Shown here: positions 25,152-39,299 of the stretch, in pieces
Position numbering within the stretch: the first letter of the stretch is position 1
How the letters are laid out: each line of letters starts with the position of its first letter
Assembly (NCBI RefSeq): GCF_006345805.1
Contig: NC_043004.1
Coordinates: 60,512,001 to 60,576,000, forward strand
Length of the DNA stretch: 64,000 nt
Reading direction: 5' to 3'
Origin: Octopus sinensis
Lineage: Eukaryota
Position numbers and translations under genes: made by a program
Notes under the pieces: generated by a model
Told to the model about the DNA's origin: nothing
Seen by the model: the letters and a program-made list of their open reading frames with translations, nothing else
Database searches by the model: none

Positions 25152-27926
25152 TGTAGGTAGGTAGGTAGGTAGGTAGGTAGGTAGGTAGGTAGGTATGTAG
25201 GTAGGTAGGTATATATATGTATATATATCATATTTTCGATGGTACTTCATTGTAGACAGCCTCATATTCGAATACGAATGCGTCGTAGCTAGAAAGGGTG
25301 AATAAAATAACTATTGTTACTGCTAATAGCCATCCGGTAAGGTAGGAGCCCGGGACACGAAACTGAGTCAATATTTAATTAAAATACACAGTATGCTTAA
25401 TATATACACATTAACGATAGGCATGATATACATAAAATATGGATTGGTGGTGACCAGAATCTAGTAACTGTAACAACATCTCCATTACAAAATAATTTAG
25501 GAAATGTCATTAAAAATATCTAATTCTCAATCATTTTGGTGTGTAATTACTCATGTCTCTGTGGGATGTCTAAATCTTGCATAATGAATACTAAATACTT
25601 ACGGTTTAAAACACTACCAGTTACTCACTTTCAAGACATCATATAACTATACTGTAAAAGTGGATTTAAATAACATGCAATCATGATATTCTAGTATGTG
25701 TTCACATGAAAAATAATCAAATTCATAATATTAAAAGAATAATATTGCCACGTTGTTTAATTGATTATATCATACCCAAAGTACAGAACTATGATCATTA
25801 ACATTATATTCAAGACATATGAAAATTAATTTCCACAAATCGATTTACTAATTATTTATAATAGGATAGAAATATTAAGTTTAATTAATACAATTATAAA
25901 TATTTAAAGATATGTGTGTGTATGTGCGCGCGCGCACGAGAGGGTGCGTGAGTGTGTGCGAGCGTGAGTGTGCTTTATGTGTGTTTGAGTTTGTGCAATA
26001 AGATATATTACCAAATTCATTTCTTAAAATCTTATAAAATTTTAAGATTATAATTGAGATGGAATAAGTCTGTCATATAATATTTGACTGTTTGAGTCGC
26101 ATTTTTTCGATTGCATCATTATAATGATACACCATGAAGATGAGAAAATGTTGTTGAAAATATGTCCGTAGATTAAAGGCAGAGTTTGTCATAATTCGGA
26201 TTCAAGGATAGTAATGTACTCACCTAGTGTAAAGAGACTCTGATTTATCGAAAGTACTCAAAATTATAGAATCAATTCACAAAATTTCATAAAATGTTCT
26301 TGCTTGGAGAAGCGCGTCGTATAAGAACGGTAATTATGTGTATCACGATTATGTGAATGAGTGAAATGATGTCTGAATTATAAAGAGAAGTATTCGCTTT
26401 ATATTCTAAGATGCTCCCGGGTACAGCCTTAGTAATGTGCAAGGCTCATATTAGGTTTTGCGTCATTAATTAGTTTAGCATATTAAACAATTAATTCAAC
26501 CGAATTTGATCAAGTCCCGGTCTGCATCCCAGTAATATTAGAACGGAATTGTTGGTGATGAATACGCGGTACATGCAGCAATGAACGTGGTAAGCGGGCA
26601 GAATTGTAACCGTTTCGGACAAAAAAATGTTTAGTGCCCTTTCTTCCCGTTATGTTCTGAGTTCAAATAACACTGAGGTCAACTTTACGGAATATAACTG
26701 CTGTAAGCGATTTTCTGACGTCATGAAGGAAAAAGTATTGCATCTGAAACTACGCAGAAAAATATCGGAATTATTTTATATAGAATATCTATATGATTAT
26801 GCAGATTTGGTTTATGGAAAATAAAATCATTTAATTTTCTAAGGATACTGTGTTAAATCCTTTTATACAAATTTTGTAAATGCTGCTACGTGGTTTCGTT
26901 TCTTATATGTTTAACACTTGGGTCTTGTTGAGAAAAATATGTTCACAAATGTCCCGTATCAATGATATAGCCGTGCTCACTCTGTATTTATCAGACATAG
27001 GAAATCTAGGACTACACTATTGTTATAATGTTTATTTTCTTCTTTTATATATTCGTATGTGATTTGAGGTTAATTCAGTAACTATTACTTTTAGTTCAAG
27101 CGGCTATTTTATCGAGGGAATAAATACCTTGCCACTCGTGCCAACTATTCTTGTGGTTGGAAAAGCATAAAAAATATATCAAACAAAAAATATATACCAA
27201 ATTTTGGCCTATTTCTGGACAAATTCGGTCACGAATGGACTGTCTTTCTACCTCTATTTCTCTCACCCCCAGATCTGAATTATAGTAATGTGGTCTTTAT
27301 GACCTACATTGCTTCCGAGGAACGAAATGGCATATCAGTTGTTGCTCTTCATAATACCTATTCTGATCTCTTCTTCCTTTTTGGCCTTTCGTGAGTAATC
27401 TCGGGCAAAGATGCTTTGTCTTCTTTAAACTTTATCGTCCATATATTCATCATTTCTTCGTGTCGATTAATATCTTTGTTCTATTCGCATGTTTAGTTGC
27501 AAACATGCGAATTCTAGCAGTAGTGTTTATAAAAAAACCCGACTTCATGTTTAGGTTATTGACGGTCTTGCAACGACCAGTGGATAGTGCAACTCGGTGC
27601 AACCTGATAATCAGCCGAATTTTGGTTATTACCAAAAACATACACAAACAGGTAAAATACCATAACGACAAACATTCCTCTAGAGCATATAACATAATAA
27701 ACACAAAACCAATTTTTAAAAAAATCTTGTATCTGTATAATGCGAAAATAAGAATTACAGCCATAAAAGTAAGACATTTCAAAAACGATTTTCCAGCAGA
27801 CCCGATATTGAAGTCCATTCACTTAAGAATTTCGTCATAAAAATATAACAGCAATAACAACAGTAGTAATATTTATCCGAAAGTAGAAAAGAATAAGAAA
27901 ATATTGAGGAAAAAATAAAACTTATA

Positions 27927-27972
<46 letters not shown>

Positions 27973-28827
27973 TGTTGTTGTTGTAGTAGTAGCAGTATAG
28001 GCGAGTAGTTCTAAAGATGAGAATAGAGAGGAGGAGGAGAGATAAAAATGTTTAAAGCCATTTAAAATAATTTATCTATTCATGTAAATCTTATTGGCAG
28101 TAATCTTGAAATATCCTCGTTAAATCAGTCTTAGAATTATCTCTTTCCGAATTTTCCTCGAGGAAATAATTTAGTTTTTTGTATGTATGTGAGGGTTGGG
28201 GATAAACATTTGTTTATTAAGTCTATATATATATATATATATATATATAATTTCAGCAAAACTAAGAGGAATGATAACTAAAGTAGACAACTTATATGCT
28301 AAACATAGACGTCAAATCGCCATTATCACGAAGGTGATCTCCAAAAAACATCTCACCAAAACGCCAAAATGTAAAAATACGCAAGACAAATGAAAACTTA
28401 CGAAATAAAAACGATTTCCTACGTACCATTGATTTCACTTGTTAATATCCACCTGTTCTGTATCTAGTTCTGGAAATTGCGTCTTGTAAGCGACAGACTA
28501 CGCTGATGTACTTGCGTGTTTATGATCTACGTGTTTATATACGTGGATATTAACAAGTAAAACCAATGGTGCGTAGGTATTCGTTTTTGTTTCGTAGGTT
28601 TTCACTTGTCTTGCTCATTTTTACATTTTGGCGTTCTGCTGAGATATGTTTTTGGAGAACACCTTCGTGGTAATGGCGATTTGACATCTATGTTTTGCAT
28701 ATAAGGTCTCCACTTTAGTGGTCACACCTATTAATTTTGTATGTAACGCAATTTTTAATCTTCGGATTTTTAAATATGCTAAGCCACTGGTTTTAATTGA
28801 TTAACATCAATTTCTACCCTTATTATT

Positions 28828-28866
<39 letters not shown>

Positions 28867-28870
<4 letters not shown>

Positions 28871-30053
28871 AATGTAAGGATTCAGATAGAATCGGATACT
28901 TAAAAAGATATGCACCGGGTAGGCTTGAATAAACCTGTGGCTTTCACCTATGATTGGTAGAACCAGATAGGATATTCCGGTTGCGTAGACAGAAAAAAAC
29001 TATTCCTCTGAGTATTTAGAACATAGGGGCAGGTCCAAAGCACGTGTTACTTTGAGTTGTAAGTTGTTGTTATACTCTAGGTTGTCCGACAAGTCGTAAA
29101 TCTCCGTGGAGTATCATGATCAAATAAATAATAACAGAAGATTGATAAATTTCAAATAAGATTTAGGAAGGGTATATTATATCATCCGTTGTTTGTTGCA
29201 ATTATTTGGATACCACTTTATTTCTACACCACTGTGCGCAAGTCCCTATTGAAGATTACGTAATATTTACAGGTTTATACATTAGAGCGGCGTGTCATAA
29301 GATGTCTAACAAATAGTGCGCACTTACATTTTTATATAGATTAATGTACAAATATATATATGTAATTATTATCAATTAGAGTTGAATTATCAAATTGTTT
29401 AATTACATCAATTTAAGGTTGCTTCACTTTTTTAACTGAAGAAAATTGATATATTATTAAATTTCTCAAACAGCTTGCAGGTGCAAGCGCTGCCACTTGA
29501 AAGCTACGCATACCGGATGCTAGCGAGTTTATGGGGTCATCAAGAGAGAATGCGTGCCGTTTCGGAGCCTACCAGTTGAAAGCATCATTGTGCACCAGCA
29601 GCCCCTCACTGAAACGTGACCTCGCTTGCTACATCAACTGGTTATCAGGTTTCGCTCAATATTCTTCTATTCATTGCTCATCGTCTCTTTTTAACAAAAT
29701 CCAGTGGCTTGCCTTTTCCACTCTAGTTCGGATATATCTCACGATGGTATTTGTTTTACAATGAGATAGGCCCAACAATAATATGCACTCTTTAAATGCA
29801 CCCTTTAATCATCAGTGCAAGCATAATTCAAGATTTATAACGAGTTAACAAAAATCAACATACTAGACGAACAACCAATATATCCAACGTAGCATATAGA
29901 AACGTTCACTCTTTATACATCTACGTACTTGGTGGGGTTTTTCGAATTGCATTCCCTCGCACTCGGTACGATGTGTTTATTCATTTTGGTAGTTTTGACT
30001 TTAAGAGTCCTTCCTAGCTTGTGGAATATACATATACATACAGACATACATAT

Positions 30054-30090
<37 letters not shown>

Positions 30091-31267
30091 GTATAATGTA
30101 AGGATTCAGATAGAATCGGATACTTAAAAAGATATGCACCGGGTAGGCTTGAGTAAACCTGTGGCTTTCACCTATGATTGGTAGAACCAGATAGGATATT
30201 CCGGTTGCGTAGACAGAAAAAAACTATTCCTCTGAGTATTTAGAACATAGGGGCAGGTCTAAAGCACGTGTTACTTTGAGTTGTACGTTGTTGTTATACT
30301 CTAGGTTGTCCGACAAGTCGTAAATCTCCGTGGAGTATCATGATCAAATAAATAATAACAGAAGATTGATAAATTTCAAATAAGATTTAGGAAGGGTATA
30401 TTATATCATCCGTTGTTTGTTGCAATTATTTGGATACCACTTTATTTCTACACCACTGTGCGCAAGTCCCTATTGAAGATTACGTAATATTTACAGGTTT
30501 ATACATTAGAGCGGCGTGTCATAAAATGTCTAACAAATAGTGCGCACTTACATTTTTATATAGATTAATGTACAAATATATATATGTAATTATTATCAAT
30601 TAGAGTTGAATTATCAAATTGTTTAATTACATCAATTTAAGGTTGCTTCACTTTTTTAACTGAAGAAAATTGATATATTATTAAATTTCTCAAACAGCTT
30701 GCAGGTGCAAGCGCTGCCACTTGAAAGCTACGCATACCGGATGCTAGCGAGTTTATGGGGTCATCAAGAGAGAATGCGTGCCGTTTCGGAGCCTACCAGT
30801 TGAAAGCATCATTGTGCACCAGCAGCCCCTCACTGAAACGTGACCTCGCTTGCTACATCAACTGGTTATCAGGTTTCGCTCAATATTCTTCTATTCATTG
30901 CTCATCGTCTCTTTTTAACAAAATCCAGTGGCTTGCCTTTTCCACTCTAGTTCGGATATCTCTCACGATGGTATTTGTTTTACAATGAGATAGGCCCAAC
31001 AATAATATGCACTCTTTAAATGCACCCTTTAATCATCAGTGCAAGCATAATTCAAGATTTATAACGAGTCAACAAAAATCAACATACTAGACGAACAACC
31101 AATATATCCAACGTAGCATATAGAAACGTTCACTCTTTATACATCTACGTACTTGGTGGGGTTTTTCGAATTGCATTCCCTCGCACTCGGTACGATGTGT
31201 TTATTCATTTTGGTAGTTTTGACTTTAAGAGTCCTTCCTAGCTTGTGGAATATACATATACATACAG

Positions 31268-31275
<8 letters not shown>
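28867..31275. repeat. Tandem duplication, period 1224 bp, two copies
   Basis: GTATAATGTAAGGATTCAG at 28867 and 30091. About 6 substitutions seen in ~1185 bp. Each copy starts and ends in (TA)n. A third, more diverged partial copy lies at ~31495-31660. Confidence 0.95.
29480..29760 (-). mobile_element. Possible 3' end of a HERO-type (RLE) LINE, duplicated at 30704-30984
   Basis: Minus-strand peptide IRTRVEKASHWILLKRDDEQ* resembles the C-terminal (A)ExASxWLWLKR motif I recall for HERO elements. Short match only. Confidence 0.35.
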
Positions 31276-31326
<51 letters not shown>

Positions 31327-31810
31327 ATATGTATGTATATGTATATGCCACACGCTAGGAAGGACTCTTAAAGTCAAAACTACCAAAATGAATAAACACA
31401 TCGTACCGTGTGCGAGGGAATGCAACTCTCGAAGCAAGCCACTTAAAAAGAGAATTCAGCTTCAAATCCCGTGATTTCATAATTAGTGCAAAAATGCACA
31501 CTTTAATCATCAGTGCGAGCATAGTTCAAGATTTATAACGAATGAACAAAAATCAACATACTAGACGAACAACCAATGTATCCAACGTAGCATATAAAAA
31601 TGTTCACTCTTTATACATCTATGTAAACGGCGCGCTTTTTCGAATTGCATTTCGGTACCACATGCTTATTCGGAATAAAAATTCCGTACTGAATCTACTC
31701 CGGTTGAATTTACAATTTAAAAATAGGATAAAATCTTTATAAGATTTTATTAAGTAGGTAGCCTGAAAAACCATTAAGTGGCTTGCTTCGAGAGTTGCAC
31801 AATAATATAT

Positions 31811-31914
<104 letters not shown>

Positions 31915-31979
31915 ATCCCATTGTAAGGTAAGTATAGTTTAAAAGATCAAATAATATCATCTAACAGTTTACTCAAAGG

Positions 31980-32440
31980 GGCCATCCTCATTTTCCTGCT
32001 CGGCCTCAAGAGGGCTCCAGACCTGGATTATGTTTTTCACAGTTGATCGTGGTCACCAGCTTTGCCTGATACTTCAGAGAGTGCAGTTGTCTTTCTTAAC
32101 CACGTCTCACATAGTAATTGAGTAATTAGTAACCCGGAATTTGGAGGTGATGAAGTTACAAAAATTCTCCTTTAACCATATTTGACAATTTCCGGAGTTA
32201 TGGCTAGGAATCAAATCCTGCTGTTACACATATGACCTTCCATCTTGAAACTTCTCTAGCCATATATTGTCCACCGGCTTCAACAGCTTCACATGGATTG
32301 AGTGAAGAGCCTTCTTCCAATGTGTTTGTGCAGGCCATTGCTTTGTAGTCTACAACGTAGATGTCCATGTCACCTCTTAAGCTATAACAAAGTAGAATTG
32401 CCATACCAGGCGCTTCTTTCTCAATCAATTAAAACTTTGA
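31980..32440 (-). mobile_element. Degraded Tc1/mariner (maT/DD37D-like) transposase fragment
   Basis: Minus strand across frameshifts: GRSYV*QQDLIPSHNS..QIWLKENF, SPPNS..NYYV*DVVKKD. Confidence 0.6.
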
Positions 32441-32503
32441 AATTTATGCTTTCTTGACTGTTCACAAGTATATGAATCTTTTCCTATATATATATATATA
32501 TAT

Positions 32504-32582
<79 letters not shown>

Positions 32583-34949
32583 ATGTGTGTGAGTGTGTGT
32601 ATAGCAACAACGTATATATATTTCCAAAAATGTAGATTGTGAGAGTATGTGTGAGAGTGAGTACGCGTTTGTATGCGTGTAAATCAAACATGTCACAAAA
32701 CTATCATTGTCAAATATAAATGCGATTATATTCTATTAACGAATTTATGTACCACTGAGCAATTTTGTAATACTCGTGCAGCGTTGCGCTTGGAGTTGCC
32801 ATACTACCTCGCTAACGAAAATCATATAATTGTGCATAAAAATTCTATTTTGTAGCTTTATTACATTAGTGTTCCTGAAATCATCTTTTTTTTTACCCCT
32901 TAAAATATCTTTTGTGATTGCGCAAAATATTCCAAATATTTACGACGAAAGACGTTACTTTTGGCAACGTGATGTCAACGCTACATACAAACACCCACTC
33001 TTTCTTTTACGATAACCTTGATGTAAATCCCAACGTGTAAAGATTACGTATGAAGTGTTCTATGCATAAATAGTGAGGCTTAAAACAACGTTCCGTGGAG
33101 AACTACCAACACTTAATCTATCCCTGAGCAAGACATTCATCTCTCACATTTTCATATATCCTTGTCCACATTGCTTTCGGATTGTACAGCATTACAGGAA
33201 AAACTGACTATTCTCAGTAACGCCATTATTTTTTAAAATTGCCGTGATTTTTTTTTTCCAAAATTAAGAGTGTGGCTAGGTGCTTTGACCATGATAATCC
33301 CTAATGAATTGTAGGAGTTGTCTCAAAATTTAGATTTGTGAAAACAAGAGAGTAAATAATATCAAGATTTGTTTATTACATTCAGTTGCTTGAGATGGGC
33401 TTACATTGAGAAGTATATGGTAGAACGAGAAATAAATTGTAAGCTAAAACACGTCTTTCGCTAACCGCCAGAAGCTTTCTCGGTTAATTTCCGTAAACCG
33501 TGCCTCATAAAGTTGATAGTAAGACAGCGACTGATGAATGATGTAAATCAAACTTAAGCCGCAATATTTCAATATTGTGATGTATTGCATTACAAACAAG
33601 CAAGTTCCGAATTACTTCAGGCATTAGGCGAGAATTTCCAGGAAGTATTTATATTCAGAAATGTAACAGAATGCTATATACTGAAATCAATGTACTGTAG
33701 CTTAAATACGAATTCTGCCTCAAAACACGATGTTCTTCGAATAATCGTCTTAACAAAAAAATATTTTTCGAATGTGTTAAGCTTCTTTTCCTCGGTTTTC
33801 TGATCTCAGGAAAAAGAAAATAACAGCACTGTGAAAAGAAGCAAGCAACAACTTGGGAAAAGGTGTATCTGATATACATAATAAATAACCGATGTTATAC
33901 GAGGTGCAATATTCTTATATTATTTGAACAATACATTCTTACTAATACACGAAAATATTTTGAGAAATATTATGCAAAATTCGAAATAAAATTTTCGTAA
34001 CGTCAGCAAGTTTAGCAAGAAAATATACTCATTAGTCTGAGACAAATCAAATGTAGGATACCAACATGCAGATATATTATTGTTTAGAATAAAAGTGTGA
34101 GGTACGGAGTTTTAGATAATGTTTAATGCATTATTTTGACATCAATATTAAGCTGGTACATCACGTCATCATTTTTGGATCAATCAAATTAACTAGCTTC
34201 GTATGGAAGTGATCTTAGTACATAAAGAATTATAACAAATACCATAAAGTAAACTAGCGATGCCGCCAAAAATATGATAACGTAGGAAATGAAAGAGGAT
34301 GTCAACAATGAACACAGAGATGCAGGAAAAACAATCTGTCACAAACAGGGCAAGATTATCTTACGAATGAATTCATATCAATGAAGACTGCCTGCTATTT
34401 TATTAATACATTAGATTTCTCATTAAATGCATCGACGATAGAAGTAGGAATTGAAAACCAAAAGCATATATTTCGTTGAGGTATACGTGTCGATGAAATT
34501 CATCTGATAAACTTCTCGAATATCAATGGGTATTTATGTCATAGAGAGTGGAACATACTGATACTTGGAGCAAGAATCTCTGACTAAGGAAAATGTTACT
34601 TTAAAAAATATGCATATATATCTGTGTATCTCTTTATCAATCTGTCTGCCTATGAGTTTATCTATCTACCTATCCATGTATACACATACACACATACGAA
34701 CATTCGTGATGCAATCATATACATACATACGTACGTACATACATACATACATACATATATACATACATACATACATACATACATACATACATAACATACA
34801 TACATACATACATACATACATGCATATGTATATCTTTAAGTGGTGGGTATGTTTCTAGTAGTATGGCAATAAGTCACGTTCACTGCTTATGGCTACCTGA
34901 CACCATTCACGGTAATTACGCGATTGCCTATGGATCTACCGCAGAAATT

Positions 34950-36600
34950 CTTGCCCAACGGTTTAAACCTACTTCACTAACAACACGCTATGAAATCCGA
35001 GCGAAACAGAGTTTATTTAGCGAGAGACCTCTTATTACATCACGTGACAAGACGCTTCAGTATTCAGGGTTGCATCGCAAATAGTTGTATTGTGTCCCAA
35101 CCGTGAGAGATCGATGCATGATGTTTCGAAACGATCGTTGTGAGCAATAACGTGTGTTCCAATTTCCATCTCTATGACTTGTACAAAACAATGAAAAAAT
35201 GTCACAATACAATATTGATGACCTCTCTGAATCATTTGTCCCTCTTAGACCTAGAATATCGCTTAAGAACCATTAACCAAATTTTTACCAACCCTAAATT
35301 TAGACTTATTTACCCAGCAAAATCAGATATAGGTAAAATAAGTAAATTAATTTTAGATAAATATATATATTCCAACTTAAGAATACATTAAAATTTGAAC
35401 TCTGGTTTAGAACACACGAAGCTATAAATTGTTTTAATCGAATAGATAATAAGGATAAACATATATTTATAAAGGTAGATATAAATGATTATTATTAAAT
35501 AGTGCCCTAATATTTGCTACGGGTCATACTAGCTTGTTTCGTAAAGAAATTAATATCATTATCACTGCTAGAACATGATTAATTAAATATGACAACAAGT
35601 ACTGGGCTAGAAACGATACACCGACTACTTTGACATACCAATGGAATCCGCTGATTCAGGTCAGGTCACTGATATGGTAGGTCTTTTACTCTTTTACTCT
35701 TTTATTTGTTTCAGTCATTTGACTGCAGCCATGCTGGAGCACCGCCTTTAGACGACGAAATTGACCCCAGGACTTATTCTTTGTAAGGCTAGTACTTACT
35801 TTATCAGTCTCTTTTGGCCGAACCGCTAAGTTACGGGCACGTAAACACACCACCATCGGTTGTCAAGCGATGTTATTGGGACGAACACAGACATTCAAAT
35901 ACGCACACACATATTTATACATATATACGACGGGCTTTTTTCAGTTTCCGTCTACCAAATCCACTCACAAGACTTTGGTCGGCCCGAGGCTATAGTAGAA
36001 GATACTTGCCCACGGTGCCACGCAGTGGGACTGAACCCGGAACCATGTGGTTGGCAAGCAAGCTACTTACCACACAGCCGAATTTCCAGAAATAGCCTGA
36101 TGGTTATATAAGACGATGCGTTATTTATAATTAAACTTACTAGCAACAGAAATTTAGAAAAGTATACGAAAACATTACGTAGATTCTTTAGTATGTTTAG
36201 CCTGAAAATTTCTGTAGAAAATATTAGTAGTTCAGTAAATTTTTTAGATGATCCTACTCACAGGAAACCATGCATCATATCACAAACTTAATTCTAAACT
36301 AACATATATTAATTATAATGCTAATCATCCCAAAATAATTACCAAGTATTTAGTTTTTAAAATATACAACGTAAAGTTAATTACCTCTCATCTACAAAGA
36401 AATCTTTAATATGAATACGGACAATTCTAACTCCGCATTGGACAAGGCAAGTTATACAAAGTTAAATTTGTAAATAATGACGACTACCAGATAGTCAACA
36501 AGATTAATGATAAATTGTCTATAGATATAATAGGGCCTATACATCAAATTAATATGTATAACAATACTAATAAAAACAAACATTCACATAGTATATTAAC
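34950..36600 (+). mobile_element. Penelope-like element, RT portion (degraded), interrupted by a SINE
   Basis: KFRLIYPAKSDIGKISKLILDK, followed by frameshifted RT-like segments (WF.RIDNKDKHIFIKVDINDYY-like). Boundaries approximate. Confidence 0.7.
35682..36079 (-). mobile_element. tRNA-derived CORE-like SINE (type B)
   Basis: Reverse complement of the 41641/46976 family, inserted in the PLE RT. Confidence 0.92.
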
Positions 36601-36649
36601 AACAACAACAACAATAATAATAATAATATAATAATAATAATAATAATAA

Positions 36650-37178
36650 CTCTCATGGCTTCTGATCTTGACTGATTAGAAGTGTTGTCATGTGCATTGT
36701 TTTGTCTTGACTTTAAAGATGGGCTACAGCAAATATTCTGCTCAATACCACAGATTTGCTTTCAGCTGTTTGACCTTAACCAGTTGACCATGTCCCTTAG
36801 CGGCTGACGATATGTGCATCACTGATCACGAGCAGAAGTAATGGGGGAGCATCATAGCCATGTGTTGAGAGGGATTCTTTGGGTTTTTGAAAAATTCACC
36901 TCTGGAAACTTGGGTGTTTCATCCAATATCCTTAAACAATCCTTATTCAGGGACGTTTTGAGCAGGATGGGTTACTCGACCTGAAGAAAATTCTAAGTGG
37001 GCCCCACCTGCAAGGTCATGTGCTGTTTATCTTGATATGAGACCACCATGTCGCGCACATATGGTTGTGATGCATGTGCCTGGTGTACCTTTATCAGACG
37101 GGTAGTCATGATGTGTATACTGGGCTTCGTATATTTTATCCCAGTGTCACTTTGATGGCATACACTGCTCTCTCACTC
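36650..37178 (+). mobile_element. Element X, slightly 5'-truncated copy
   Basis: Homologous to 16353-16906 from CTCTCATGGCTTCTG onward. Ends CTCTCACTC then AATAAT. Confidence 0.88.
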
Positions 37179-37258
37179 AATAATAATGATCTAATATAAT
37201 AATAATATATAATATATAATAATAATAATAATAATATATAATAATATATAATAATAAT

Positions 37259-37731
37259 GTCTTGGTATAAAAGATGGGCTACAGCAAATATTCTGCTCAA
37301 TACCACAGATTGCTTGTCAGTTGTTTGACCTTAACCAGTTGAGCATGTCCCATAGTGGCTGACGATGTGTGCATCTCTGATCACGAGCAAAGTAGTGGGG
37401 GAGCATCATAGCCATGTGTTGAGAGGGATTCTTTGGGGTTTGAATAGTTCACCTCTGGAAACATGGGTGGTTCTTTCAACATCCTTAAACAACCCTTATT
37501 CAGGGACCGTTTGAGCGGGATGGGCTACTCAACCTGAAGAAAATCCTAACTGGCCCCACCGGCAAGGTCATGTGCTGTTTATCTTGATATGAGACCACCA
37601 TGTCGCGCACATATGGTGTGATGCATGTGCCTGGTGTACCTTTATCAGACGGGTAGTCATGATGGGTATACTGGGCTTCGTATATTTTACCCCAGTGTCA
37701 CTTTGATGGCATGCACTGCTCTCTCACACTC
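37259..37731 (+). mobile_element. Element X, 5'-truncated copy
   Basis: Starts GTCTTGGTATAAAAG, same 3' end, followed by (AAT)n. Confidence 0.88.
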
Positions 37732-37774
37732 AATAATAATAATATAATATAATAATAATAATAAAAATAATAAA

Positions 37775-37845
<71 letters not shown>

Positions 37846-37904
37846 GAAGAAAAAAGAAGAAGAAGAAAAGAAGAAGAAGAAGAAGAAGAGAAGAAGAAGA
37901 AGAA

Positions 37905-38610
37905 GAAGAAGAAAATTTGGTTTATCTTCCCTCATGGAAAACAAATAAAAACAAACCTTATCAAAATAATCCGTTCAGTAAGAGATTATCATTTTACTTC
38001 TAGAAAATACAGTACCGTAATAATAATTCAATAAAGATAGGATTTTCTATTACTAAAAACTTATTTAGGCATATATCAACTTCAAATAACATTAAATTTT
38101 ATGAGTATTACATAAAGAGCAGTATTTCCCCATAATTAGGAACACATATGCTGCTCAAACTGACTATAATGTTATTCCTAGATAAAACAGTAACGCTAGT
38201 ACCGACACCGGCAGAGGTAAGGCAAATTGTAAATTTTAAAATTACTGTAAACACAAAAACCTAGTATACCAAGCCACAGTTGAATCTGAATGTAAATATT
38301 TCTATTATATTGGAGCAACAGCGTGTCACGTGAAATATCGCATGGCGAACCATGAAGCCTCATTTCGAAATATAAGTAAACGTAATAGAACAGGACTTAA
38401 TAAATTTATTTGGAAAAATATAGATAGTAATACAACCAATAAAATTAGAAATTTCTAAATAATGCTCGACTTTATAAACCACCAGCTAAGACATGTTGGC
38501 TCTGCCTAGATGAAACGTATAATTTCCTATTCTCTAAGCACAATCTCTTGAATGACACATCAGAAAAAATGTTTACCAATGCTTGCACGTACATATATAC
38601 ACATTTTCTA
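37905..38610 (+). mobile_element. Penelope-like element, thumb/GIY-YIG portion (degraded)
   Basis: KIGFSITKNLFRHISTSNNIK, ATVESECKYFYYIGATACHVKYRMANHEASFRN..RTGLNKFIWK, CWLCLDE. Collinear with ORF 50312..51223. Confidence 0.78.
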
Positions 38611-38836
38611 AATTTATGTAATTATATAACTATATATTTACATGATTACATATTTGTTTCCCACCTTCGTTTCCCTATATTATATACCATAACAATGAAT
38701 TACATATAATTACACCACTATATTACTGTTGTATATATTTATAACCTACGTCGCTGGTGAACATAATTGCTTCCTAATCACATCTCCCAATATATGCATA
38801 TATATATATATATATATACACATATATATATATGTG

Positions 38837-38868
<32 letters not shown>

Positions 38869-39264
38869 ATACACACATATATATATGTATATATATATAT
38901 ATATATATATTATATAATATATATATATATATAATATATATATTGTTTTTTAACATTTAAGTGGACCAGTTAGTATATATAGCACTATCGGCATATTTTT
39001 CAGTAGCACTGCTTTTTTATGTGCGCAAAATTATAATAAGTATAATAATCTTGTATTGACCGTTTGTATTAACTTATAATTTTTCTGGATCCCGATACTG
39101 AATCCCCAAATTATATTAATACATATCACAACCCTAACTTATTTATATTCCATGTAACTCAACTATGCCGAATTTTTACCTAAACTTTACATCATCCCCC
39201 AACTATATTATCCATGTAAGCTCAAATTTTAGTATAATACATACATATATATATATAATATATA

Positions 39265-39299
<35 letters not shown>

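Noticed and set aside
29531-30988. Duplicated 77-aa plus-strand ORF (MGSSRENAC...)
   Set aside because: Present twice only because of the tandem duplication, antisense to a probable LINE tail, with no recognisable domain.
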